Positions 26,096 to 36,481 of a DNA stretch of 52,212 bases are shown here, one piece after another. Positions within the stretch are counted from its first letter, which is position 1. The number at the start of each line of letters is the position of its first letter. The notes beneath the pieces were generated by a model. It saw only the letters and a list, made by a program, of their open reading frames with translations, did not search any database and was not told the DNA's origin. The translations under genes and the position numbers were made by a program. The DNA comes from a virus. Its lineage: Duplodnaviria > Caudoviricetes. The stretch is taken from IMG/VR virus record IMGVR_UViG_3300049830_000248, positions 1 through 52,212 of that record; one strand, written 5' to 3'.

Positions 26096-29000
26096 TGGCG
26101 AATCCGTTCGCAGAATTTGATTCTGACACGGCGGTTGCAGAAGCACCGCCATCTGCCAACCCGTTCGCAGAATTCGACAACCAGGCAGCACCATCCAGCG
26201 ACATTGACGACCTGAATTCCGGCGACCCTATCCGTGTAGCCAACGCACAGGCGTCCATGCTCGGCAACGCCGGCAGGATGCTCGACACCGGACTGGCGGC
26301 GCAGCGTCAGAGCGATGCCAATGACGTTGCCAGAATCAAGGTTTCACCAACCGAAATTTCCAAGCTCGAAGGCAACACGCCGGACGAGACTTTTGAGCAT
26401 TATCAGGAGCGAAATCCGACCCCAAGCCAGTTGACGGCGGCGCGACTGCTTCCATTGGCCGATACGCCGGAGAAAAAACAGCAGCTTGCGCGGTTCATTC
26501 AGGACAAGAATTTAGACCTTCCGGTTGGCAGCGCGGCAGGCGACTTATACAGGTCTGTTTCACAAGGCCCGTTGCCAGATGGCGAACATCTTTTGCAGGC
26601 GCATCCGACCAGCGCAATCGGCAAGACCGCGCTGGGTGTCGAGCATGGCGTCGAAAATCTTGGCAACTTTTTTCTGTCCCCGTTCGGCATCGCCACGCTC
26701 GGCATCGGAGAATTGCCGGTGGTGGCGCAGCGGGCGGTTGCGCTCGGTTTTTCGGCGCAGATGGCGAGCCAGTTGCCGGATCAATCCATCGAATTGTTGC
26801 GCGAGTTGAACAAACCTGAAAAGGACTGGACAAAAATCGGCGAGCTTGTGACCGAGGCGGCGGGTGGAGCAGGCTTTGCCGCATTGGGTGCGGCGCACGG
26901 GCTTGCGCCCAAGACAGACTTCATCGCGGCGCGACTGGCGAAGGAATTGAACAAGGCGAAACTGACGCCCAAATCAATGCCCGTGACACCGATTGTGCAG
27001 TCTGTAAACGCCGCGCCTGCGCCGGATATGCCGCCAGACCCTAAAAAGTTTGTTCCAGCAAAGCCGCCTTTCCAGCCAATAAATCCAACCCCGCCAGCCC
27101 CTAAAACTGACGCAGCGGAAACCTTCAATTCGATGCTGGATTATTTCGCAAAGTCGAAACCGAACAAGGGCGACTTGCGCGGTCTGATTCAAGGCGGAAA
27201 AGAAATCGGATTGTCCGAATCGGAAGTTCTGGCGCAACTGGCAGAGCGGACGAAAATTTCTCAACCCGAAGTCGAAAAACCTTTGTCGCCAACCGCAACA
27301 CGCGGCATCGAAAAACTCGTCGAGCTTTCGCCGGAAGAAAAGTCCGACCCGCGTATGGACGAACCGGGCGTAACGCGCAAGGCAACGCCGAACACCATTA
27401 CCGTGCAGTTTCGAGATCGGAATTCAATTCCCATCGGCGAAGCTGAATTAACACCTTCTGGCGATTCACTTTCACAGGCGCAGCGAGTCGTCAACCGCAT
27501 CAGAACAGAGGCCGGAAACAACCCAAACGTCAGCATCAGGGAGTCGGCTGGCGTCCTGACAGACGAGCGCGGCCACGGCATAATTCATTTTACGGATTCA
27601 CCGAACGGAGCGGCTTTTGCAAAAGTTGAAGATTTAATAAAGGCGAGACAGCAAACCAAAGAACCGCAGCCCTCCGCGCCAGCAGCGCAACTGGCGAAGC
27701 GCAAGAAGGGCTTCACTGGATTGGGCGCGGCGGGCAAGAAAGTTGCGGTGGTGGATCAGTCCGGCGAAGTGATGCAGGGAAAGCCAGTTGAGCGCAAGGT
27801 GACTGAAATTATTGGAGAGAAGCCAAATCCCGAAAACCTTTCGCGTCCATCGCCGGCTACATCCGACCATGAACAGCTTTTGGCATCTGCCGACCTTGCC
27901 AACCGCCAAGCAAGGCTTGATGAGGAGCAGGCTTTTAAGGATTTCGAGTCAGCAAAGGAGAATAAGAAAAAAGCCTATTCCAAAGGCGATTACGAAAAAG
28001 CAAATAAGCTGCAACTGAAAGTTGATGCCGCTGAAAAGCGATGGCTCGAAATGTCCGACAAGACTTCCGAGGCGATGATTAAAATTGCAGACTTGAAAGA
28101 GCGGACGGAATGGGATTCTGCCGAGCCGTTCAATCAGGAGATTTGGCGTGATTATCAAAAGCTGGACAAACTTCCGAAAGGCAAAGAGCGCGACAGCGAG
28201 CGGCAACGCTTGCTGGACAAGATTGAAGAAGAATGGACTCGCCAGACGATTGCCATCATGGGCGACAAAGAACGCGGCGAGTCTGCCGTCCGTGGTATTC
28301 ACACACTGAACAGCGGCGTCCTATCTCGCCCGCTCGAAAAGAGCAACCAGATTTCCAATTTGGCAAAAACCGCCGCCCGCACTTACGAACAACGTGAGGC
28401 GAAAAAAGCTGCCGAGAGTGAGATTCAGGGGATGGATTTGGCGTGGCAGGAAAAGCCGAAATTTAACGACTACGATTCTGTCGGTGAGATTCAAAACAAG
28501 CTCGAAAAAGCCCGCGCCGCAAATGCTGTCAATCGCAAGGCAAAATCGGCGGAAGAAAAACGTCAAGCGGACGACGCCGCGAAAGAATCTGCCGATGAAG
28601 CGATTAAGGCCAAAGAATTATCCAAGTCAGGAAAACTCGTCTGGCGCAGGATTGGAAGCAAAGCTGATCCCGTTGGAAAATGGCAACCGATGGAAGGCAA
28701 AAAGTTTTTCCATGCTCAACTGCCTGGAATTGAAATGGGCATTTTCAAGGATGCCTCCGGCTGGGTCATCTCCGAGCAGACGACTGGACACAAATTGGCG
28801 GGCGGCAAAACAATGGAAGCGGCGAAGTCTGAATTGGCTGCAAAGGCCAGCCAGTTCGGTGTTGCCAAGATTAAAGAGTTAATCGCAACTGCGTTGAAAG
28901 ACGCTCCGCCGAAGCCGGTCATTGAGGGCGATGTCGCCACTCCACCCGCCGCCGTCGCCAAAGTCGCCGAACACATTGCCGAGGTCGCAAGCGGCGACAA

Positions 29001-32000
29001 GGTTGCCAAGCCAGAGGCCGCGCTGGACGCGACGACGGGCGTTCGCGCCGCGAAGGAAATCAAGAGTGAGTTGGTTCAGCGGTTGGAGAAGGCGATTGAG
29101 GATGCGCCCGCAGCAACTGACGATCAAGCGGCGGCGTTGAACAACACGCCGAAGCTGACCAGCTACAAAGACTTTATCAAGGAAGGCGAAAAAGGAACGA
29201 ACGAGCAACGCATCAGAGCAACAAAAGAATCGGATGTTGAAAACTCGAAACGCCGCGCCGCTTGGGTTGAAGCCATCAAAAAGGAAAATGGATTAACCCA
29301 AGTCACGATTGACATTCCGGGCGACGGAACTTTTACCGTCTGGAATACCAAGCAGGCTTTGCAGGAGGTTTTAGACCGCGCTAAAAAACTTTCCACCGCA
29401 ACCGAAAGCAAGCAGCCAACCGCCTTTACGAATGTTCGTCCAACTGGAAACATCCCCGCCGACGTTTGGGTTGAATCCAGCGAGCCAACCCATAAGGTCA
29501 CTGTCAGCGCGGGCAACATCAAGACGCAGGAGCCGGGCAAGCGGATTGAGATAAAGGGACTCGAAGGAAAAGAGCTTTACCTGACTTCGAATGGCAAAGA
29601 GTTCAAGATTACCGAGCCGCAGACTGGTTTCAGCATCGGGCGCGGCGCAAAAATCTCCGATGCCGTAAAAGACGCAGAGCAAATTCACGAACGCCTGAAA
29701 GAAAAGAAAATGGGCTACGATGAAGTTGTGAAGCGTAATGTTTCCGCCAACGGGAAACTGCCATCGCCAGAGCCGATTCAGAAACCATCCCCCATCACCG
29801 AGGCGCAGGAAATGGGCGGGGATGTTCACGAAGTTCGGCAAGGGCCGGGCGGACGCTCCTACCGCGCAAAATCATCGGATGAACAGCCGGAAAGCTACGA
29901 TGCCACTTCGCTCAAAAATGCCGTCGCCGAAATGGAGCGCGTCACCCACGGATTGCCCGAAGCTCCTGAAACTGAAAAGCGTGACATGGGCAAGGCGTGG
30001 ATTAAGGCTGGCGAAACGCTTGTTCAAAAACCGCACGAAGCTGAACGCATCCTTGGCGAACTTCAATCCGATCCTTCACGCGGACTGACCGACAGCGAAT
30101 CAGCCATCTTGCTTCGCCATAAAGTCGGCTTGGAAAACGCCTTGAACGACGCAGCGGAAAGAACATGGACGGCAGAAACCGCCCAAGGCAAACGTGCCGC
30201 GCAAAACGAAGTGCAGGAATTGAGCAACAAGCTGAAAGAATTTCTCGACTTGGTTAAGGCACGCGGAAGTGAGTGGGGGCGTGAAGGTCGTTGGCGTCAG
30301 GCGATGGCAAAAGAAGATTACTCATTTGCCACGCAAGAGCGACTTTATCGCGCCGCAAGAGGCGGAGAAGATTTGACCAAAACGCCCGAAGGTATGGCGC
30401 AACTTGAGCGCATCCAGAAAGACGCAGAGGCATTAAAAAGAAATGACGACGAGATTGCGCGATTGCGGGCTGAAAATGCAGCCAAAGAAAAAGCCATCGC
30501 ACAACTAGAGGCACAGAAAGTTTTGGATGACGCCTTGAAGGGAACGCCAGTGGCCGCGCCCGTCGAGCCATACATTCAGACGCTTGTTAAAAAAGTGGTG
30601 AAGTCCATTGAGAATCAAGCCAAGGACGCCCGCGATCGCATTAAAGCGCGGCGTTCCGAAGGCAGAACATTCAACGACCCAACCGCGATAGTCACGCTCG
30701 GAAAGTTCACTACCGAGGACGTAGCCGACGCCGCCATCATCGGGGCGGAATACTTGGCGCATGGAATTGAAGATTTTGCCGCTTGGTCAAAGGTGATGAA
30801 AGACGAGTTTGGGGAGAAGATTCTGCCAAAACTCAAAGAAATTTTCGCAAAATCAAAATCATTCACTGAAAAAACAGTGATAAAAGAAGTGCTTCCGAAA
30901 GACCGCGACAAGGTTAGAAAATCCGTCAAGAGCATGACGGTTGATGAGCGACAGGCGCGGGTTGAGGGCATGATTAAAAAACGTCTATCCGAAGGCGAAA
31001 AAGATTCCGTCACGCCACTGGTTCAAGGCTTGGCGCGTCTGTTTGTCGAACGCGGCGTGAAAGACCGCAATGAACTTTTAGACAAGGTTCACGGTGTTCT
31101 TGAATCCATTGACCCCGCCATCACCCGCGATGAAGCGATGGACGCCATCAGTGGTTATGGCGATTACAAGCAGCTTTCCAAAGACCGCGTGAGTGTCCAG
31201 TTGAGGGATTACAAGCGGCAGTATCAGATTCTTGGCGCGTTGCGGGACATGGAGGCAGGCAAGCCATCCCTGCGTTCTGGAATTGAAAAAACCAAGTGGA
31301 CAGAAGAACAGGGCAAACTTTTGAAGCAGTTGAACGAGGCCAAGTTCAAGTTTCAAGTGCCAATCACTGATCCTGAAACACAGTTGAAATCCGCGCTCGA
31401 CACAGCCAAAACCCGCGTCGAAGGCCAGATTAAAGAATACCAGCGGCGATTGGATGAATCCGATTTCGAGAAAAAGCCCCGCCGCGAACTTGTGCGCGAC
31501 CCGAAACTTTTGGAGTTGGAATCGCAGCGCAACAAAATCAAGAACCGCTTTATCGAAGCGCGGATGGCAGCAGAGCGGGCGCAACGCAACTGGTTTCAAA
31601 AGGCAACGGGGGCGATTGCCAACCTGAATCGCGTCTCCATCTTGGGACACGTTTCTGTCCTTGAACATTTGTCCGGCGCGGCACTCGAAAACTTTGCCAC
31701 CCGTCCAGTTGGAACTGCGATTGCCCAACTTATGCGATTCAGCAAGACGCTTGATGACATCCGCAGAAAAGCGGTTTATGAAGGCAGTCTTGGCGGAGAA
31801 CGGGCTGGCATTGCGGGGACGCTCAAATCCTACGCCGCGTTGATGGCGAAATTAAAGACCGGCAAGAGCGAACTGGACTGGTTGCACGATGCCAAAACTT
31901 ATCCGAAAGAATTTGCTCAAATCGTCCAGAATTGTCACGGCGCAATAAAAGAGCCGGTGCGTCAGGGAATTTACGCGCGCTCAATGGAGCTTCGCACGAA

Positions 32001-33060
32001 AGCCGCTGAAAAAATGGGTTTAGACCCGCAGCATGACGAGGTGCTTGCCAAGGTTCTTTCGCAAGAGGCATACAACGACGCCAACATGGACATCTTCATG
32101 GGCGACAATTTTCTTACGAAGGCGTTGCACAACAACGTCGGTGCGTATCTTCGCGGACAAAAGGGCGACCCCGGACTTGCAAAGTTCACAGCCGACGTGC
32201 TGGACATCTTGTTTCCAATCGTGAACGTCAGCACAAACTTGGCAATCAGAAAGTTTAGGCTGGCGGCTGGACTACCAGAGGCGGCAGTCAGAATCGGCGT
32301 AGCAAAAGCGCGGGGAGAGCTTGCCAACGGAGCGGAGAAATTGACGCCGCGCGATGCGGAGCTAATCACCCGCGCAATGAAATACGGATTATTTGGCATC
32401 GCCCTTGGAATTTACGCATGGCGAAACAAAGACCAGTTCGGCGGAATTTATGTTCCCGGCGCAAACGCTCCAAAAAATAAAAAGGTGAAAACCGGCGACA
32501 TCGCCCTGCCAGATGGTATGTATTTTGACCACATCAGCCATCACTTCGCACATGGGCCAGTGGGCGGCTACATGAATCTGATTGCCGATGCTTCGCGCCT
32601 TTATGATTCAGAAGTGAAGGGTAATAAAAACAGTCCGTGGAGCGCGGCATCCGACGCGGCATTTTTTGCCATGTTCGCCGGCGTGAAAGATTTGCCAGCA
32701 TTTTCAACTGTGGCGCGTCTTGCTTCTCCATTCAAAACCGCCGGTCAAAAGGCGGGTGAAATGGTTCGCAATATGTTTATTTTCGGTGGTCTACAAGATA
32801 TAGCTGCACATGCAGACCAACCCAATTTGACGCTAGCAAAGTTTTTTACCGGAACACCGACTCCAAGAAGCCCAAAAACATTTGTTCAAGAAATCGAATC
32901 TGGAATCCCTGTTCTGCGCGAGACTGTGCCAGCCAAAGGCGGTCAGGCATCTGACTCCGACCAAAACGCCAGTTTTTTCCACAAAAACGCCAGTTTTTTC
33001 CACAAAAGTTTTTTCCACAAAAACGCCAGTTTTTTCCACAAAAAACCCGCGTCACCGTGA
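26095..33060 (+). CDS. Large internal virion / DNA-ejection protein (2321 aa)
   Basis: ANPFAEFD repeated at the N-terminus, Lys/Glu/Ala-rich helical body, last gene of the tail operon. Confidence 0.6.
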   Translation: MANPFAEFDSDTAVAEAPPSANPFAEFDNQAAPSSDIDDLNSGDPIRVANAQASMLGNAGRMLDTGLAAQRQSDANDVARIKVSPTEISKLEGNTPDETFEHYQERNPTPSQLTAARLLPLADTPEKKQQLARFIQDKNLDLPVGSAAGDLYRSVSQGPLPDGEHLLQAHPTSAIGKTALGVEHGVENLGNFFLSPFGIATLGIGELPVVAQRAVALGFSAQMASQLPDQSIELLRELNKPEKDWTKIGELVTEAAGGAGFAALGAAHGLAPKTDFIAARLAKELNKAKLTPKSMPVTPIVQSVNAAPAPDMPPDPKKFVPAKPPFQPINPTPPAPKTDAAETFNSMLDYFAKSKPNKGDLRGLIQGGKEIGLSESEVLAQLAERTKISQPEVEKPLSPTATRGIEKLVELSPEEKSDPRMDEPGVTRKATPNTITVQFRDRNSIPIGEAELTPSGDSLSQAQRVVNRIRTEAGNNPNVSIRESAGVLTDERGHGIIHFTDSPNGAAFAKVEDLIKARQQTKEPQPSAPAAQLAKRKKGFTGLGAAGKKVAVVDQSGEVMQGKPVERKVTEIIGEKPNPENLSRPSPATSDHEQLLASADLANRQARLDEEQAFKDFESAKENKKKAYSKGDYEKANKLQLKVDAAEKRWLEMSDKTSEAMIKIADLKERTEWDSAEPFNQEIWRDYQKLDKLPKGKERDSERQRLLDKIEEEWTRQTIAIMGDKERGESAVRGIHTLNSGVLSRPLEKSNQISNLAKTAARTYEQREAKKAAESEIQGMDLAWQEKPKFNDYDSVGEIQNKLEKARAANAVNRKAKSAEEKRQADDAAKESADEAIKAKELSKSGKLVWRRIGSKADPVGKWQPMEGKKFFHAQLPGIEMGIFKDASGWVISEQTTGHKLAGGKTMEAAKSELAAKASQFGVAKIKELIATALKDAPPKPVIEGDVATPPAAVAKVAEHIAEVASGDKVAKPEAALDATTGVRAAKEIKSELVQRLEKAIEDAPAATDDQAAALNNTPKLTSYKDFIKEGEKGTNEQRIRATKESDVENSKRRAAWVEAIKKENGLTQVTIDIPGDGTFTVWNTKQALQEVLDRAKKLSTATESKQPTAFTNVRPTGNIPADVWVESSEPTHKVTVSAGNIKTQEPGKRIEIKGLEGKELYLTSNGKEFKITEPQTGFSIGRGAKISDAVKDAEQIHERLKEKKMGYDEVVKRNVSANGKLPSPEPIQKPSPITEAQEMGGDVHEVRQGPGGRSYRAKSSDEQPESYDATSLKNAVAEMERVTHGLPEAPETEKRDMGKAWIKAGETLVQKPHEAERILGELQSDPSRGLTDSESAILLRHKVGLENALNDAAERTWTAETAQGKRAAQNEVQELSNKLKEFLDLVKARGSEWGREGRWRQAMAKEDYSFATQERLYRAARGGEDLTKTPEGMAQLERIQKDAEALKRNDDEIARLRAENAAKEKAIAQLEAQKVLDDALKGTPVAAPVEPYIQTLVKKVVKSIENQAKDARDRIKARRSEGRTFNDPTAIVTLGKFTTEDVADAAIIGAEYLAHGIEDFAAWSKVMKDEFGEKILPKLKEIFAKSKSFTEKTVIKEVLPKDRDKVRKSVKSMTVDERQARVEGMIKKRLSEGEKDSVTPLVQGLARLFVERGVKDRNELLDKVHGVLESIDPAITRDEAMDAISGYGDYKQLSKDRVSVQLRDYKRQYQILGALRDMEAGKPSLRSGIEKTKWTEEQGKLLKQLNEAKFKFQVPITDPETQLKSALDTAKTRVEGQIKEYQRRLDESDFEKKPRRELVRDPKLLELESQRNKIKNRFIEARMAAERAQRNWFQKATGAIANLNRVSILGHVSVLEHLSGAALENFATRPVGTAIAQLMRFSKTLDDIRRKAVYEGSLGGERAGIAGTLKSYAALMAKLKTGKSELDWLHDAKTYPKEFAQIVQNCHGAIKEPVRQGIYARSMELRTKAAEKMGLDPQHDEVLAKVLSQEAYNDANMDIFMGDNFLTKALHNNVGAYLRGQKGDPGLAKFTADVLDILFPIVNVSTNLAIRKFRLAAGLPEAAVRIGVAKARGELANGAEKLTPRDAELITRAMKYGLFGIALGIYAWRNKDQFGGIYVPGANAPKNKKVKTGDIALPDGMYFDHISHHFAHGPVGGYMNLIADASRLYDSEVKGNKNSPWSAASDAAFFAMFAGVKDLPAFSTVARLASPFKTAGQKAGEMVRNMFIFGGLQDIAAHADQPNLTLAKFFTGTPTPRSPKTFVQEIESGIPVLRETVPAKGGQASDSDQNASFFHKNASFFHKSFFHKNASFFHKKPASP
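32963..33043 (+). repeat. Tandem repeat (21/15/21 bp spacing) with four TTTTCCACA motifs
   Basis: AACGCCAGTTTTTTCCACAAA units encoding NASFFHK. Confidence 0.9.
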
Positions 33061-33072
33061 GGCAACGCGGGT
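33040..33072. terminator. Terminator hairpin between convergent operons
   Basis: A-tract plus ACCCGCGT...ACGCGGGT stem. Confidence 0.6.
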
Positions 33073-33090
33073 GAATCCATTATCTCTGGT

Positions 33091-34272
33091 TCAGCCCTGA
33101 ACCGCCTCGGTGAGTCCCTTGCCCCAATCTTCTTCTCCGGTTGGTGCATCTCCACCACCACCGCGCCGCGTCTTGCCGGGAGCCGCGCCTTTCAATTCCT
33201 CAATCTGCGCCTCTGCCGCCGCCAGCTTCTCATTGAGGCGGGTAATCTGCAATTTCTGAACCGCAAACGCACCGACACGCTGCCGGATATGGGCATCGCG
33301 CAGCACCTTCTTTTGAACGAAGTCGGCGCGGTCTGCCGCCTTGATTTCCGCATCAAACACTGACAAGGCGTGTTTTCTGGCTTCCACCGCATCGGCGTCC
33401 GTCGGGTCGTCTTTGTAATCGGCAACGGATTCAGCCAGTTTCGAGTTTGTTTCCTTCCACTTGGCAACCACGGTTTCGCGCTCTTTCACATGGTTGGCGA
33501 CTTCCTGCTCGTTGCGGGTTTTGAACTGCGCTTTTTCTTCCTCAAGCGCAGCGGCGCGGGCGGTATCCAAGTCCAGCAGCTTCTCGCGCAGTTGCAGGAC
33601 ATAGTTTGCCGTCGTGCCGAAAAGTGCGTTGGCCTGTTCAATCGCCTTGCCGACTGGCAACTGGTAGATGGCGGCAAAATCCTGCCATGTTGCGGCACGG
33701 GTCGTTCCATCATCGGGATTGGTTACAGACAACTCGGTGATCTGCTTCCGGGCGCGCTCGGCGGCGGTGCTGAACGGTTTCTCGAACTTCTCTTTGAATT
33801 CGGGGCTGGCTTCCTGCTTGGCAGCGCGCAACTCCGCAAGGGCGGCGTCACGCTCTTTTTCAACCGCCGTTAACCGTCCGGTCAAAGCCGTGGTGTCCTT
33901 GCCCGCCGCCTCGTATTCGGCGATTTTCTTTTCAAGCGCGCTCTTGGCAGTCGTGGCGGTCTGCGATTCGAGCTTCAAAGCCTTCACGCGCTCGCGCAGT
34001 TCCTTCGGCGCGAGCTTGTCAATGTCGTCCAGTGGGGCGGTGGTCGCGGCGGCGGGCTTTTCGCCCGGCTTCGGAGCGGCGGCAGGCGCGGCCTTCTTTG
34101 GCGGTTCAAACGGGTCGTCGCTGGCGGTTTCAGCCGGCGTAGATGGCGGCGCGGCGGCGGATGGGGTTGGCGCAGGCGCGGCGGTAGGTTTCGGTTGGGC
34201 GGCAGCGGCAGGCGCGGCAGGCGCACCACCAGCGGTCGCTACGGGGTCGAGGAGCAGGCGATTCAGTTTCAT
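33091..34272 (-). CDS. Probable capsid scaffolding protein
   Basis: Pro/Ala-rich N-terminus, long coiled coil, flexible C-terminal tail. Confidence 0.55.
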   Translation of the reverse strand: MKLNRLLLDPVATAGGAPAAPAAAAQPKPTAAPAPTPSAAAPPSTPAETASDDPFEPPKKAAPAAAPKPGEKPAAATTAPLDDIDKLAPKELRERVKALKLESQTATTAKSALEKKIAEYEAAGKDTTALTGRLTAVEKERDAALAELRAAKQEASPEFKEKFEKPFSTAAERARKQITELSVTNPDDGTTRAATWQDFAAIYQLPVGKAIEQANALFGTTANYVLQLREKLLDLDTARAAALEEEKAQFKTRNEQEVANHVKERETVVAKWKETNSKLAESVADYKDDPTDADAVEARKHALSVFDAEIKAADRADFVQKKVLRDAHIRQRVGAFAVQKLQITRLNEKLAAAEAQIEELKGAAPGKTRRGGGGDAPTGEEDWGKGLTEAVQG

Positions 34273-34547
34273 TTTGTTTGTTCAGTTTCAACGGTTTTAC
34301 GGTGGACTTCCAAATCGTGATTCAGGCCGGGCTTGGCAAATTCAGGCCCAGCGCTGTCCTTCTGTGAAAGTGTCAGCAACACTTCCTTGAAAAATAAAAC
34401 ACCGGCTCTTTGCTGCGAGTCTGGGCAAGCCTCAAGCGTCACGGCGGCGGCATGAAGCAGCACGGCGTCAAATTTTGGATCACCAGCGATGGATGCCCAC
34501 CATTCGGCGAGTGGTTTTTGATTAAGAAACTGATTTTTAGCGTCCAT
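34269..34547 (-). CDS. Hypothetical protein (92 aa)
   Basis: Coupled to the scaffold gene by overlapping stop/start. Confidence 0.65.
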   Translation of the reverse strand: MDAKNQFLNQKPLAEWWASIAGDPKFDAVLLHAAAVTLEACPDSQQRAGVLFFKEVLLTLSQKDSAGPEFAKPGLNHDLEVHRKTVETEQTK

Positions 34548-34641
34548 AATTTTTTCTGGTATTTTTGATTTGTTGCTCTTTTGTACCCCATCTAATGTTT
34601 TTAGTCCATCCGTTTTTTAGACATTCAAGTTTTCTCATAAA

Positions 34642-35262
34642 TCATATTGGGATGTAGGTGTCAAACTGGTCTGCAATGCGCGGTAGGACGGTGAATACTT
34701 TCAACTGCGGAAAGGTATGGAACGCCAGCGAAATGTCAATGGGCGCATAAACCTTGCGCTGCGTCCGCAACATCACTGGCAGGGCTTTCTTGGCGATGAT
34801 GCTGGCGTGGCCGCACATCGGCCAGCGCACGTCAAAAACCTCCCCGGCAATATGCTTGGTCGGTTTCTTATCGCAACAGCATGAGCCAAGCATGAGGATG
34901 TCGAAGTCCGGCGGCGCATCGCGCAACGCGCGCTCGGTGCGTTCACGCCAGTCAGGTGCAAACTTTGCATCCCATTCGAGCGTGAGAAAGTGTGAATCTG
35001 GCAGCAGGTTTAGCGCAGACCAAAGCGAATAAAAACTCAACCAAGAGGCAACCGGCTTTGCGCCGATGCAGTAGCCGCTGCCAGGATTATCAACCTCGTA
35101 GGTGTGGGTTGTTACCAGACCGGACAGGTTCGCGTTGAAGCCGTTGAATTCCTCGGCGTCAATTCCGACCTCGCGGAAGTGGTTTTGAATCGCCAGTGTG
35201 CGTTCCGGCATTTCTTGAAGCGTCACGACGAACGGACGGATGTTGTAATCTCCAATTTTCAT
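34642..35262 (-). CDS. Glycosyltransferase family 25-like
   Basis: VVTL...PER, ASWLSFYSLW, LTLEWDA, DFDILMLG, CGHASII, PID. Confidence 0.7.
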   Translation of the reverse strand: MKIGDYNIRPFVVTLQEMPERTLAIQNHFREVGIDAEEFNGFNANLSGLVTTHTYEVDNPGSGYCIGAKPVASWLSFYSLWSALNLLPDSHFLTLEWDAKFAPDWRERTERALRDAPPDFDILMLGSCCCDKKPTKHIAGEVFDVRWPMCGHASIIAKKALPVMLRTQRKVYAPIDISLAFHTFPQLKVFTVLPRIADQFDTYIPI

Positions 35263-35846
35263 TTCTGCACCCTCGCAGGGTTTCCAAAAACGGTTGTTCC
35301 ATCTGGCACGTTCTTGGTGACTACCGCGCCCATTCCCACAACGCAATCGTCGCCGATGGTGATGCCGTCCCGAATCATTGCGCCCAAGCCAATCGTTGTT
35401 CGGCTACCGATCTTGACGCGCCCGCCCGTAATGACGCCTGGGCAAAGGTGTGAGTAATCACCAATGCTGGAATCATGCTCCAAGATTGCGCCCGTGTTGA
35501 TGATGCAGAAGTTTCCAACAAATGAATTATTTCCGACCACGGAATTAGCCGCCAAAAACGTGCCGACACACTCAAGGTTCGCGTGAGTTGCCGTTGGATG
35601 GATGACATTGACAAAATTAAAGTTGCTGCCAGAGAGCTTTTCACGGATGGCGTTGTCGCCGATGGCGGCGTGGGCAAACAGGCGCGACCAATCTTTTTTC
35701 GGATCGCCGACCGGATAGCCGTGCCGCATCGTGCCTACGGCGTAATGCTCGTCAAGCACACCACCGATGTCGAACGACTTGCCGCGCTTGATGGCGGCAA
35801 TGACAACACCCGCATGACCGCCTGCGCCGAGGATGACGATTCTCAT
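35259..35846 (-). CDS. NeuD/PglD-family sugar acetyltransferase
   Basis: IVILGAGGHAGVV, AIGDNAIR, IHPTA, hexapeptide repeats, EHD, GNPAR. Confidence 0.9.
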   Translation of the reverse strand: MRIVILGAGGHAGVVIAAIKRGKSFDIGGVLDEHYAVGTMRHGYPVGDPKKDWSRLFAHAAIGDNAIREKLSGSNFNFVNVIHPTATHANLECVGTFLAANSVVGNNSFVGNFCIINTGAILEHDSSIGDYSHLCPGVITGGRVKIGSRTTIGLGAMIRDGITIGDDCVVGMGAVVTKNVPDGTTVFGNPARVQK

Positions 35847-36481
35847 GGGATTTGATTATACACCGCAAATTGTGAAAGCAACGGGTAGGGGATTTTCTTG
35901 TCCTCGTTCTGAATCTTTGTGCCGTCAAGGTTGTAAAACTGCTGGATGAGCAGAAGCCCCTGCGCGGCGATCTGCGGCATCATGTAGCAGTTCCGGCCAA
36001 TCATCGTGAACTTGTCCACATGATACGAACACTCATCACGGCCAGAGTTGCGCGCTTTCTTGAACCATTTGTAATCCTCCTCATTGTCGCAGAGAATCGC
36101 GCCGCCTTTGCCGAGCTTCAAATGCTTGTAAGCACCCGTGAACGAAATGCACATGAGTTGCCCCGGCAAATACATATCGGCGGTGAACCGCAGCGCGGAG
36201 TCCCAGATGCGCGTCGGCACAAGCGGATACATTCCGACGATGCACTTGCCATCAACGTGTGACCAATCAACCCGCGCGCCGGCCAGAATTATCTCGCACG
36301 GCACAGATGGATAGGTGCGTTCAGGAATGGTGATGGTCTTGCCTTTGACCTTCTCGCGCATGAGGCAAAGCCAGAGCGCATTTGAAGCATTATCCACCGC
36401 GACGGCGTAGGGTGCGCCAGTGTAGCGGCACAATTCGGCTTCAAACATTTCAGTCACGATATGCGGGCCTTGCGCGCTCAT
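35843..36481 (-). CDS. DegT/DnrJ/EryC1/StrS-family aminotransferase, short form (212 aa)
   Basis: FEAELCRYTGAPYAVAVDNASNALWL, TYPSV, DSA, SFTGAYKHL..GKGGAIL, GRNCYM. Confidence 0.85.
   Translation of the reverse strand: MSAQGPHIVTEMFEAELCRYTGAPYAVAVDNASNALWLCLMREKVKGKTITIPERTYPSVPCEIILAGARVDWSHVDGKCIVGMYPLVPTRIWDSALRFTADMYLPGQLMCISFTGAYKHLKLGKGGAILCDNEEDYKWFKKARNSGRDECSYHVDKFTMIGRNCYMMPQIAAQGLLLIQQFYNLDGTKIQNEDKKIPYPLLSQFAVYNQIP

Noticed and set aside
33668-34390. 240-aa + strand ORF
   Set aside because: Antisense shadow of the Ala/Pro-rich scaffold gene.
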